Source: Octopus vulgaris
Taxonomy: Eukaryota
Assembly (NCBI GenBank): GCA_951406725.2
Contig: OX597822.1
Span: 102,176,001-102,240,000 of the forward strand
Length of the DNA stretch: 64,000 nt
Direction: 5' to 3'
The position numbers and the translations under genes are program-made. A model generated the notes under the pieces. It searched no databases. It was not told the DNA's origin and worked only from the letters and a program-made list of their open reading frames with translations. Positions 12,401-24,712 of the stretch are shown piece after piece. Every line of letters begins with the position of its first letter. Position 1 is the stretch's first letter.

Positions 12401-12542
12401 AAAAAAGTCTATGTTTATTTCTTCTTTTGCTGGTGTCTCAAATTTAGGTTAAATCAATGTTTCTCAAAGGGGAGGCCTATGGGACGGTCGGGCAAGTTGT
12501 TTTGAGAAAATTTGGTTTAAATGTTTGATAACTCAGCACTGT

Positions 12543-12578
<36 letters not shown>

Positions 12579-12666
12579 AGAGTTTTCAAAAAAAACAAGA
12601 GACGTATACAAGTGGTGTACAAAACAAAGAGATGTACTAGAATAACGCTCAGGAATAGAAAAGGTC

Positions 12667-12701
12667 TTTTACATTTCGAGCCTGCGCTCTTCTACAGAAA
12701 G
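12667..12701 (-). ncRNA. Hammerhead-like motif (variant core) in a Penelope-like terminal repeat
   Basis: cttt-CTGTAGAA-gagc gcag gctc-GAAA-tg-TA-aaag; related copies at 16525-16561, ~22015, ~32030 and ~42916. Confidence 0.5.
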
Positions 12702-12974
12702 GGACACAGAAATAAACAAGGAGAGAAAAAAATGTGTGTAGTGGCTAACGAAAGGAATTCCTTCAAGGTGTATGAAGTTCGTAAGCTCCGACCTGCTCGT
12801 AGAAGTTATAAAAACCAACTTTCGGGAACAACAGTGGTTTATTGACGTAGAAGGTTGTAAATTTTTCCCAAATCAAAGTTTGATAAGCTGAAAAAAGTTA
12901 TCTTATAGTTCACGGTTAGCAACTGAGGTTGTTAATAAAAATCCAAATTCAGGGAGTGGAGCAGATAAAATCTA

Positions 12975-13060
12975 GGCTACATATTTGTTTCATAGCTAAC
13001 AGAACCTCGGAATAAGTAATTAGACAAACGTGGGGTAATCTGCAAGGTACTCATCAGGCC
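12975..13060 (-). ncRNA. Type I hammerhead ribozyme motif with long loop 2
   Basis: ggc-CTGATGA-gta...tat-GAAA-ca aata tg-TA-gcc; stems I and III pair. Confidence 0.6.
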
Positions 13061-13122
13061 GAAGATACCTTAGTTACTTTGTTGTCAAGGGATTCCATAA
13101 CTCGCAGGATATATATATATAT

Positions 13123-13285
13123 AGGCGTAGGAGTGGCTGTGTGGTAAGTAGCTTGCTTATGAACCACATGGTTCCAGGTTCAGTCCCACTGCGTGGCACC
13201 TTGGGCAAGTGTCTTCTACTATAGCTTCAGGCCGACCAAAGCCTTGTAAATGGATTTGGTAGACGGAAAATGAAAGAAGCCCGTC

Positions 13286-13349
<64 letters not shown>

Positions 13350-13570
13350 GTGTGTATATGTTTGTGTGTCTGTGTTTGTCCCCCCCAACATCGCTTGACA
13401 ACCGATGCTGGTGTGTTTACGTCCCCGTCACTTAGCGGTTCGGCAAATGAGACCGATAGAATAAGTACTGGGCTTACAAAGAATAAGTCCCGGGGTCGAT
13501 TTGCTCGACTACAGGCGGTGCTCCAGCATGGCCGCAGTCAAATGACTGAAACAAGTAAAAAAGAGTAAAA
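13123..13570 (+). mobile_element. tRNA-derived SINE family A with internal (TA)n(TG)n microsatellite
   Basis: aggagtggctgtgtggtaag (A-box), ggttcagtccc (B-box) ... tail gactgaaacaagtaaaagag. Further copies at ~14470(-), 18608, 20105(-), 25261, 26990(-), 27400(-), 38275(-), 40278(-), 48790(-), 51843, 52525 and 61565(-). Confidence 0.85.
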
Positions 13571-13576
13571 AAGAGA

Positions 13577-13659
<83 letters not shown>

Positions 13660-13838
13660 TTCAGCAAAATTTAGATTCAGATGAATATGGTACTTAAGTT
13701 AAAGGCACCAAAGTTTTGTATGATATTATCCATATAAATCAAATGTGGTGATTATAATAAAAATAAGCAACAAGGATATCCAAGGTAGAGTAGTACAATT
13801 GTTTCATGCTACTTCATTTTATTAAACACTGTAAGTAT

Positions 13839-13881
<43 letters not shown>

Positions 13882-14148
13882 ATTGTACTACTCTACCTTG
13901 GATATCCGTGTTGCTTATTTGGATATATATATGAGAAGTATTGATGTCAAGACGACCCAAAGGTGTCAGGTAATGCTGAATAAGTGCTATAGACAGACTA
14001 TAGTTAAGCTCCAGATTCGATAATGATACGAATGAGGAGTCCAACGTAGGTCGTGTATTAGCATGCATATATATAAAAATTAACAGAATGAGATAAAAAA
14101 AAATCCAAGGCTGTGAATAGTTTTCAGAACATTTACAAAAAAGGGAAG

Positions 14149-14196
14149 GTCTTACAGCTGTTTCCAGGATATTTTAAATATCCCTTCATCAGAGAC
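14149..14196 (-). ncRNA. Type I hammerhead ribozyme motif (minimal, palindromic stem III)
   Basis: gtct-CTGATGA-agggatattt/aaatatcct-gGAAA-cagctg-TA-agac. Confidence 0.7.
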
Positions 14197-14381
14197 AGTG
14201 CGAGAAAATGTTTAAGTAATAGTTATTATAGAGAAGATATGAAATACAGAGTCAAGTGGAGGAATGAAAACAGACGTGAGATATGCAGGGATATTTGTAT
14301 TTGCGGAAACAGCTGTAAGACCCTCTTTATAAATATTCTGAAAACTATTCACAGCTTTGGATTTTTTATCTCATTCTGTTA

Positions 14382-14466
<85 letters not shown>

Positions 14467-14788
14467 CTTTTATTTGTTTCGGTCATTTGACTGCGACTAT
14501 ACTGGAGCACCACCTTCAGTCAAACAAATCGAGCCCAGGACTTATTCTTTGGAAGACCCTTCTTCTATCGGGTCTTTTGCCGAACCGCTAAGTTATGAGG
14601 ATGTGAACACACCAACATCAGTTGTCGAGTGATGGTGGTGGGGGGACACACAGACACATTCGACGGACTTCTTTCGGTCTTCGTCTACTAAATCCACTCA
14701 CAAGGCTTTGTTTGGCCCAAGGCTATAGAAGACATTTGCCCAAGATTCCACGCAGTTGGACTGAACCCTGAACCATGTGGTTGTATAT

Positions 14789-14846
<58 letters not shown>

Positions 14847-15573
14847 TATTGTTTCAGTTATTGGACTACGGCCATACTTTTTTTTAACTCTGGCTCTTAT
14901 TCTATCGTACTGTTTTACGGGAACGTAAAGAAACCAGCAGCGGTTGTCAAACGGAACAAATAAAATCATACACTATATATATATATATGATGGGCTCCCA
15001 CACATTTCTTCTAGCTTTACGTTCTGTGTTTAAATTCCGCCGAGGTTGACTTTACCTTTCATCCTTCGGAGTCGGTAAAATAGGTACCAATTAAACACTG
15101 GGGAATCGACAGGCTCCTCCTCACAAAATTTCAGACCCTGTGCCTATGTAAAAAGGACTACTAGTACTTCTACTTCTACATGATAAAAAAGAACATATAT
15201 TCTATTCAAGTAATCCCTTTCAATACTATCTGCCCAAAATAATTACCTATAAAACTAATTGTTTATTCTTCGTAGATTCTCCACAGCCACCCATTAGTTG
15301 TTTCAGAATGTAGACATCCTCTTTCAATATACATCTCGCATATATTTTCTACAATGTAATTACTGCAAACAGTTGCATTAATTCGATATAACATTGTTGA
15401 ATTTATCAACAAGAAAATATGGAAATAATTAACTGAGACTTCAGTGTATTATGTTGCTTTATCTCTCCGATAATGCAAAGTTAACCTTGATGCGATTTCA
15501 ACTTCGGACGTCTACCTGGTATGTTTTATACTAACCAACTCGCCGTCCTTGGCTAATCAAATGTGCGTGTATG

Positions 15574-15655
<82 letters not shown>

Positions 15656-15672
15656 AAAGTGTACGTACACTG

Positions 15673-15739
<67 letters not shown>

Positions 15740-16324
15740 ATGTAAATGGGACAAGAACGCAAAACATCCGGACAGCCAGGGACAACAAAACATCCAAATA
15801 GACGATACAAAAAAAACAAAGACAGGTCATTCGATAGAGGGCTTCAAATGACCCATCCTTGTTTTTTTTTGGGGGGGGGGGGTTGTATCGTCTATCTGGA
15901 TGTTTTGTTGCCCCTTTTGTATCAACTAGCTGTCCGGATGTTTTGCGCTCTTGTCCCATTTTGTGTGTATATATATAAATATACACGCTTGCTGATCAAT
16001 TGTTTTGTCTCATTTTGTCTCAAAGTCGTAAGACGCCCCCGTATCATTCCTGTTTTTATTCGTTACTGTTTCCAAGTTTATCTTCGTCTCTTGTTTTCCT
16101 ATTCGTCTCGGTTGTCACATTCTTTCCTTCTACCAAGCAAATCTAATGCCCATAGCTTAGCTTTTCCTTGGGGCTGGCCTTTTCGGAGCAAATCTCAGAA
16201 TTAAACAGCCGAAATTTGCCATGATGAATCGGTTTCTGACTGAAGAATGAAGGCTCTGAATTACTGTCCGTTTTTCCGTGTTTGTCAATTCGTGAATTTC
16301 ACGTTCTTTATATATAAGTTTTAT

Positions 16325-16392
<68 letters not shown>

Positions 16393-16524
16393 TATATAAC
16401 GGTAAGCTTTATGAAAATAAACAAAAGACGAAGGCAGGTTTACGGAAATAAACAAAAGAAGGCAGGTGGAATACAAACAAACAATTGTATTAATATGACG
16501 CTCAGGAAATATAAATGAAACAAG

Positions 16525-16561
16525 TCTTTAACGTTTCGAGCCCACGCTCTTCAACAGAAAG
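16525..16561 (-). ncRNA. Hammerhead-like motif (variant core), same family as 12667
   Basis: cttt-CTGTTGAA-gagc gtgg gctc-GAAA-cg-TT-aaag. Confidence 0.45.
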
Positions 16562-16917
16562 ATACACATATATATATATACACACGCGCGCGCGCACATT
16601 TGATTAACCAAGGACGGCGAGTTGGTTAGTATAAAACATACCAGGTAGACGTCCGAAGTTGAAATCGCATCAAGGTTAACTTTGCATTATCGGAGAGATA
16701 AAGCAACATAATACACTGAAGTCTCAGTTAATTATTTCCATATTTTCTTGTAAAAAAAAATTAATAACATTGGATAAAAAAAGAACAAGGACGGGTCATT
16801 CGAAGCCCTCTATCGAATGACCTGTCTTTGTTTTTTTGTATCGTCTATCTGGATGTTTTGTTGTCCCTTTTTGTATCACCTAGTTGTCCGGATGTTTTGC
16901 GCTCTTGTCCCATTTTG

Positions 16918-16948
<31 letters not shown>

Positions 16949-17006
16949 CATACATAATAGTGGTTTTGTCTCTAATTTAATATAATACATATATATATAT
17001 ATATAT

Positions 17007-17043
<37 letters not shown>

Positions 17044-17246
17044 CTACAAAATTAGAGAATGGAGAAACATACTTAAATCAATAAAACATCAACTATCCGA
17101 TGATACTCAATCCATACTTTAATACACCATTACATAGGAGTAAAGGCAATATATAAAATGAAATGAGATATACAGTAATAGTAAAAGTAAAAATATAAAG
17201 AGATATAAGTAAAAAATTACAAATACAATATGCAAATAAATCAAAA

Positions 17247-17354
17247 CTGACAGCTGTTTCGGCAGTGAGGACAGTCATACCTCATTTAACCTATAAGCCA
17301 TAAAGGCAGGTATAAATGAGGCATTAACAAAGATGCCCCACGGCCTCTTCAGAG
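17247..17354 (-). ncRNA. Type I hammerhead ribozyme motif with an extended stem II
   Basis: ct-CTGAAGA-ggc cgtggggca..cctcattta..taaatgagg..tgtcctcact gcc-GAAA-cagctg-TC-ag. Stem I is short. Confidence 0.65.
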
Positions 17355-17696
17355 AATTAAATTAAATTTGTTATAATAGTGAAAAATATTATATAATCAT
17401 ATACATATAAATATAAAAATATAAAAAAGTAAAATATAAAAACTTATACATCATAATGCTACACTTGTATAATATAATACACATTTGTACAAAAAGGAAG
17501 GTAACCAGAACAAAATAAAACAAAATATATAACAGTGTATATATAATATTAATAAGTACCGATATCATACATATTTAGCTAATAGTTTTTTTTATAAAAA
17601 AAAGGGCTAACACATATGGAGATGAAAAATAATAATAATTAAATCCGTGGTACAGTTCATAAAATTCTAAAGCTATAAAAGTTAATAAAAATTACT

Positions 17697-17730
<34 letters not shown>

Positions 17731-17804
17731 GTAATAATAATAAAAAATAATAAAAATAGATACAGTTAAGTTATCACCAAGTCCATCCTTCCAAGATCGA
17801 AATA

Positions 17805-17836
<32 letters not shown>

Positions 17837-17858
17837 GGCGTTTTCAAACTTCTTTTTT

Positions 17859-17925
<67 letters not shown>

Positions 17926-18098
17926 TATTAACTAGTTTGGTAAGTGCCAACGCACGAAACTGTCGACCCTTGAGTCACTCTGTAGCGTCTGCTAATTTTT
18001 AATTAAAGAAATACATATACTCATATTTCGAGTTCTATTTTTCCTGTTTTCGTCACCATATTTACACACATACACGTATATATACCTACATACATATT

Positions 18099-18132
<34 letters not shown>

Positions 18133-19088
18133 GAATGTTCTATTACTTTCACATTCAGGAAATGAGTAGTGAACTGAACCGATTTCAACTTAAGGCAACT
18201 ACCTGGTGAAAAATTATGTTTTAAGTCCTTTGTTCATGTAGTATATATAACTATATATAACGCTTAACAGCATTTGTTAAAAGTACAGTTAGTGACATTG
18301 ACCGTTTCTATTCGTTCGATGCTCTCCCCTCCTCTCTTCCCTTAATATTCTACGAAAGTATTGCACTTTTCTTGGTAATCTTAGGTAATCCACTGTCAGC
18401 TTAGGTTCATCACAGAAAGGTGATTATATTTAAACAAGGTCGTTCGATCTTGTTTACGGCATTTCTAATTCGTTAATCTAAAGAAATTAAATACAAATTT
18501 TTTCAGTACTTATAAAATTTATTTGCGCTTTTATTCCACCACAATGTTCTCCCCGAATTTGTTTGTCCGTTACTGCAACGAAAGTTCAGAGTGAGGAAAA
18601 TATAGTTACAGGTGTGGCTGTGTGCTAAGAGGTTTGCTTTTCGACCACATAGTTCCAGGTTCAGTTCCACTGCGTCACCTTGGGCAAATGTCTTCTACTA
18701 AAGCTTTGAGAGTGGATTTGTTAAAGGGAAACTGAAAGAAGCCCGAAAATGATATTATTATTTTTTATTTAAAAGCAAAGTAATGCATTTCGAAAAATAA
18801 ACAAAAATACGATTATTTATTTGAAAGTTTTCGGTGCAGAAGAAAAAGTAACCAAAACTAAAAATAATCAGTCACATAACGTCGTTCGTGGTTTATTTAT
18901 TTTGAAGTATTTCCTTCTTCGTTTCGGTAATTCAAGCCAGTCAAGTTTTTTGTATATTCCACTTTTCGTTTGTTTTCGTTTTAATTACGCAACTTCTCTG
19001 GAAGATTAGCTAATTCATTTAGCAATACGAAACAATATTATTATAGTTACTAACTTCTTGAAAATAATGTTATCGTGTGTGTTTGAGA

Positions 19089-19099
19089 ATGGAGTTCAG
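19089..19099 (+). CDS. HAX1: Putative first coding exon of HAX1-like gene (MEF-R)
   Basis: ATGGAGTTCAG|gtattc. The phase-2 donor matches the phase-2 exon at 25768, and the exon lies in a repeat-poor unique segment (~18800-19100). It is very short, so the call is tentative. Confidence 0.5.
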
Positions 19100-20138
19100 G
19101 TATTCTTGTAACTCGTCCGACCAACGACGATCTCTCTAAGTAGTCTTTCGACCTGCTAGAAACTGCAGCCAGTCTCTCAATTTATTTGACCCTATCTTGC
19201 TATCTTTCAAAATGAATGTGTACATTGGATAATGGGTACTTTTTGGTTATCTCACCCCCATTAGAAGATTGGGTTATCTCCTGAAACTAAAAATAATTGT
19301 TTAACCCTCAATAAAAAATAATTTAAAAAAACAATGAAAAAATTAATAAACATGTAAAGGGAAACCGGATAATGTATTTCCATAGAGTTCCCAGACTTTG
19401 CCTTTCGTCCTTTCGGGATTGATAAATTAAGTACCAGTCGCGTACTGGGGTAGATCTTATCGACTGCCTCCCACCCCCACCCCAAAAAATGTCGGGCCTT
19501 GTGCCTAGAGTAGAAACGAATAATACTTTTCTTGTTGTTTTGACCCTAGGTCAACTCTGATCAAACAGACTTATGGCTAAAGGTGCTCCAGGCGTGACCA
19601 TTCCGTATTTTAATCCAATACATCCATCCCGTCTTATCTAATGTGTCCTTTTCTTATTCAAGACAGTAGTGTGTGATTTAAAGCAGAGTTGGCTGCTATT
19701 TCTAGCAGGTTATGCTTTTAAGTTGCCTTTTTGCAGCTCAGTGTTGGTTTTCATTGCACTGATGCAGTTGTATTACAAGTTTTCTGCATTAAGAAGGAAA
19801 TTTACCTCAAGATTATGCTGCAAAGCTAGGGATGACTTCCATGCTATCAGAATATGCTCCAGCGAAGCGTAGCCACCGCATCAATGACTATCAACAGATG
19901 TCATTCCAGCCTCCTTGACTAATTTGACCACTGTTGGGAGGAACTGAAACCTGACTGACTATTTTGCCCCGCTCAATATGTAGTCCTTTCCTCACAAATC
20001 CCACCCTGGCTGGTTCCATTTTCCACAATATGCTTCAGAATAATATCCTTCCCTCAAGAATTACATCTTGGCCTGTTCCATTTTCTACAACATACAACAC
20101 AATAAGTTGGGGGGACAAACACAGACACACAAACATAT

Positions 20139-20203
<65 letters not shown>

Positions 20204-20864
20204 CATATATACGACGGGCTTCTTTCAGTTTCTGTCCACCAAATCCACTCACAAGGCTTTGGTCGGCCCTAGGCTATAGTAGAAGACACTTGCCCAAGGT
20301 GCCATGCAGTGGGACTGAACCCGGAACCATGTGGTTCGTAAGCAAGCTACTTACCACACAGCCACTCCTACGCCTAGCTACGTACCAGATGACCGCTCCT
20401 ACACTTGTTGGTAAATGGTATAATGGTATGTATGCACCCAGATCAGCTTGCAGCACCATCTACTTAGACTGTGAGATGCTAGCATTTAGGAGTGGTTATC
20501 TCCTCATCAGTTAGTGTCTGTGACTTATGAGGAGATGACTACTCCAAAAGGCTAGCATCTCACAGTCTAGGTAAATGGTGCTGCTAGCTTACCTAGGTGT
20601 ATATATACCATTTGTCAACAAGCAAGATATATTTTCCATAACAAAATGCAGTGAGTAGCTTGTTCCCCAGTTCAAACGTGCATCAAGCTTATTCAGACTG
20701 ATAACATTGCAATTTCACTTATCACTGCTTAGTGCTCCCTATTCATACTTTACTGTGTGTACTGAGTGGGCTTTTTTTTTTTTATGCCACCAACACTATT
20801 AAGGTTACTATGTAGCTTGCAAGTCTACGAGCCCTAGCAGTTGGCATACTGGTCCTTATGTTAA

Positions 20865-21092
20865 TAATAATAATAATAATAATTGTGTACAGTGCTCAGG
20901 TGCACTACAACTCATCTAAAGTGTATATATAATCAGGTGTAGTTTCGGCGGATTTCAGAAAGCATGAGGGCTTTAAAGGATGCAGTGTCATGGCAGTCAA
21001 CAACTGACGCAGGCAGTTTATTCCATGCTTCAGCAACTCTGAGCGTGAAAAAATGTTTCCAAAAGTCATGGGAGCTGTGTTGTTTTCTGACT
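20865..21092 (-). mobile_element. CR1 LINE 3'-end fragment
   Basis: Near-identical reverse complement of 33575-33800. Confidence 0.85.
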
Positions 21093-21884
21093 TAGCTAGA
21101 GATTAAGTTAGGGAAGAGCTTGGAGGAGTAGAACATGTTCTTGTTGAAGAGGAGTTACATTGCTACTCACATTTAAGGAAGAGAGTGGGGAGAAATTGGT
21201 GGTATCTCCAAAGAGACAGATAGTGATGATGAGGTGTCCAAGTGGCTCCTCGGGCAGGAGGAATACTAGGGAGAGGGTTTGCAGGAGTGTATGGGAAAAG
21301 GTGTGAATCATGTTAGGTGACTAAGCTGCTCTTATAAGAACTTCCTAGAAAACTTGTTATCTCCATATCTGTTTATGGTATTTCATTCACGTAAAGTAAA
21401 TATAAACACGTCTGCTAGAGGTCAATGTTGATAAGGCCATACCCACAACTTCTCTGCCATATTGCTGTAGTCAGTGGCAATTTGGCTCTATCACAATTTT
21501 TTACTATGTGTGTGTGTGTGCATACATATATATATATAAATAGATATGCTTTATTTAAAAGCAGCAGAAATATAACAAAATGTAAGAAATATAACAAAAC
21601 TGTCTGATGAACGGGAACGTAAAACTCCGAGTAACAGCTTTTGTTACATTTCTGCTACTTTTAAATAAAGCATATTACTCTACCTCTGGTATTTGAGTAC
21701 TCTTTTTTCCACCTTGTTTCACATTTATGTGCTTACTCCGGTATATAGATAGATATGTAGGTAGGTGGGCAGGCAGATAGGTAGGTGTGTGTATATGTGC
21801 ATAGCTATATTTATATATATAGAGAGAGGCAATTATATGGATAAAGAAACTGAATATTACAGCTTGAGTTTGATATACACAATA

Positions 21885-21929
<45 letters not shown>

Positions 21930-22076
21930 AGAGTTTACGAAAAAAACAAAAAGACGAAGACAGGTGGTGTACAAAACAAACAGATGTAATAGTATAACGC
22001 TCAGGGATAGAAAAAGTCTTTTACATTTTGAGCCTATGCTCTTCTACATACATTTTACATGTGTATATATATATGG

Positions 22077-23027
22077 ACACAAAGACCTGTTGAGGCAAGC
22101 GAAGTCAATATCGAACCTCATCCGACGACAGGCACCCATGCCAACCCCCTTTGCTTGCGAAGACATGTTGGGGCAACTGAAATCGAAATCGAAATTGAAC
22201 CAATCCTATGACTGGCACCCGGCAGATGCCAGGACCCCTGGACTGTTGGTACGTAAAAAGCACTATCCGAATCATGGCCAATGCCAGCGCCGCCTCGACT
22301 GGCTTTCGTGCCGGTGGCACGTAAATTGCACCAATCCGACCGTGGCCGTTGCCAGCCTCGCCTGGCACCTGTGCGGGTGGCACGTAAAAAGCACCCACTA
22401 CACTCACGGAGTGGTTGGCGTTAGGAAGGGCATCCAGCTGTAGAAACATTGCCAGATAAGACTGGAGCCTGGTGCAGCCTTCTGGCTTCCCAGATCCCCG
22501 GTCGAACCGTCAACCCATGCTAGCATACGTTAACATGTAAAATAAGAGAAAGCAAAGACTGAAGACTTTCAGATGATGAGTACTTAAGTATAAATATATA
22601 GATATTTATATTAATAGATCAAACTTATATAGAGTACAAGTGACAGAGAAAATTAAAGGGTAAGAGGTAAAGTGGTTTAAGTCCAACTGATGTTTCTGGG
22701 GGCTTAGAGATCCATCACAATGTTCACCACAATATACAATATCCGTTGCCAGCCTCGCCTGGCCCCCGTGCCGTTGGCACGTAAAAGCACCATCCGCTCG
22801 TGTCCATTGCCAGCCTCGCCTGGCCCCGTGCCGGTGGCACGTAAAAGCACCATCCGTTCGTGTCCATTGCCAGCCTCGCCTGGCCCCCGTGCCGGTGGCA
22901 CGTAAAAACACCATCCGTTTGTGGCCGTTTGCCAGCTGGCACGCCTTCTGGCTTCACAGACCCCAGTTAAACCGTCCAACCCATGCTAGCATGGAAAGCG
23001 AACATTAAACGATGATGATGATGATGA
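22077..23027 (+). mobile_element. Two RTE-LINE 3'-tail derivatives (22077-22535 and 22740-23027); the second has ~59-bp internal tandem units and a (GAT)n tail
   Basis: Both share ccaacccatgctagcat...; ggcgttaggaagggcatccagc and ggcacgtaaaa(a)gcacc match the 3' UTR of the RTE at 44021-44270. More copies at ~23800, 24847(-), 25975(-), 29577, 30187(-), 34750, 50210, 51225 and 52340(-). Confidence 0.8.
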
Positions 23028-24351
23028 TACATATATACATGTTTTGTATATCAAGTCCAAGATTTTATATTTGATTTGCCTATCTGCATAAATGTCTCCA
23101 TATCTGCTCACCCTGATTCCTCTAATAGTCGCTCACAGAATTGGTTCCTCATAAACACATCAGATTTTAAGTTTGAATCATTTGAGTGCTACTAAGTATT
23201 TTCTATACTGAGTATCTCTGAATCTCATCTGTTGACTATATATAATGTGTGTGTGTGTATGCATGTAAAATTACTTCCCTTGATCAGTATATTTATCTAT
23301 CCCGAAATCCTGTACAGTCTCATGTAACTTCATGTATTCTCATCCAATATGAAGACGTGTACCACTGTTCGTATGTGGCAGGCTTGATAACTGTTAAGAG
23401 ATTCCTCTTTACATGAAACCATCGGTAGCCTTGTTAAACCATGAATTAAGTACATACATATATAATGTCATAATAAAAACTACAAATCTTGTTGATTATA
23501 CCTACCGAGGGTTTCTTGGCTAAAATATTTTTCTCACCATTTTTCAAGCTGAGTACAAGATGTCTTGAAAGTTGCTTTAAAGAAGAAGACGGAAGAAAAA
23601 GCACTGGGGAGATATAACCAATGTTACAACAGACAATACTGGAAAAAACAAAAACAAAAATGTTTCCAATGTGTCCAGTGGCCAGTTTTTAAATTCAGCC
23701 AAGATGTATTTCTTAATATATAATAATAAAAAAAAATCCCATTTCTAGAATTTACATAGCTGTCTTTGCACTCTGCTAGCACAGATGTCAGTCATCGAAT
23801 TTGAAATCGAAATCAAATTTGATGACTGGCATCTGTGCTAGCGGGGTGCAAAGAGCACCATACGAGTATGATCATTGACAGAGCAGCTAACCAGCTTCCG
23901 TTCCAGTGGCACATAAAAGGCACCATTCGAGTGTGATCATTACCAGCGTCACCTTACTGGCACTTGTGCCCCGTGCCAGTAGGGTGCTAAGAGCACCATC
24001 CGAGCGTGATCGATACCAGAGCGGCTAACTGGCTTCCATGCCGGTGGCACATAAAAACACCATTCAAGCGTGATCGTTACCAGCGTTGCCTTACTGGCAC
24101 GTGTAAAAGCATTTGAGCGAGGTCATTGCCAGTACCACTTGACTGAACCCCATGCCGGTGGCACGTAAAAGCACTCACTACACTCTCGGAGTGGTTGGCG
24201 TTAGGAAGGGCATCCAGCTGTAGAAACTCTACCAGATCAAGATTGGAGCCTGGTGCAACCATCTGGTTCGCCAGTCCTCAGTCAAATCATCCAACCCATG
24301 CTAGCATGGAAAGCGGACGTTAAACGATGATGATGATGATGATGATGATGT

Positions 24352-24712
24352 TGGAAGTCCTTAAGTTCTTTACGAAATATAGTTTCTTGAGAAAACTTAT
24401 GGAACATCATTTTGATTAATTAATATAGGGGTCTGGTTTTTGAAAGGATTTTCCATTTGCTGTCGTAACTGGTCATTTTGTCTTAAGGTTGCCAGATTAA
24501 AATCAAAAGGTTTGTTGTATATCTCTTATCGCAGTGTCTAAAATTTGAAAGATGGTTGTTATATCAGGGTTTAAATTTTCCTTCAGCAGACCCAATATAA
24601 TGTTTGATTTGTGTTCTATCATTGCCATAGCTTGCTGAAACCTGTGCTTCATAAACAACCAAGGATATAATGCATTTCTGCCCTAGAGGGCCTTTAGATT
24701 TGTCTCTACATG
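24352..24712 (-). pseudogene. Penelope-like element GIY-YIG endonuclease remnant
   Basis: Manual translation CRDKSKGPLGQKCIISLVVYEAQVS...IKHYIGSAEGKFKP*YNNHLSNFRH...TNLLILIWQP*DK...KWKILSKTRP matches the PLE endonuclease pattern (CPL-G-C...VY-A-V...YIG-E--FK-RY-NH). It is not in the ORF track because of the stops. Confidence 0.8.

Noticed and set aside
17933-17972. Possible additional hammerhead (gtgccaacgcacGAAAC)
   Set aside because: It lacks a CUGAnGA box and stem I pairing.
22720-22980. Repetitive Gly/Arg/Ala ORFs (GPGEAGNGHERMVLLRA...) here and at 50146-50544 and 62913-63309
   Set aside because: They come from ~59-bp tandem units in the RTE-derived 3' UTR and are open in several frames on both strands.
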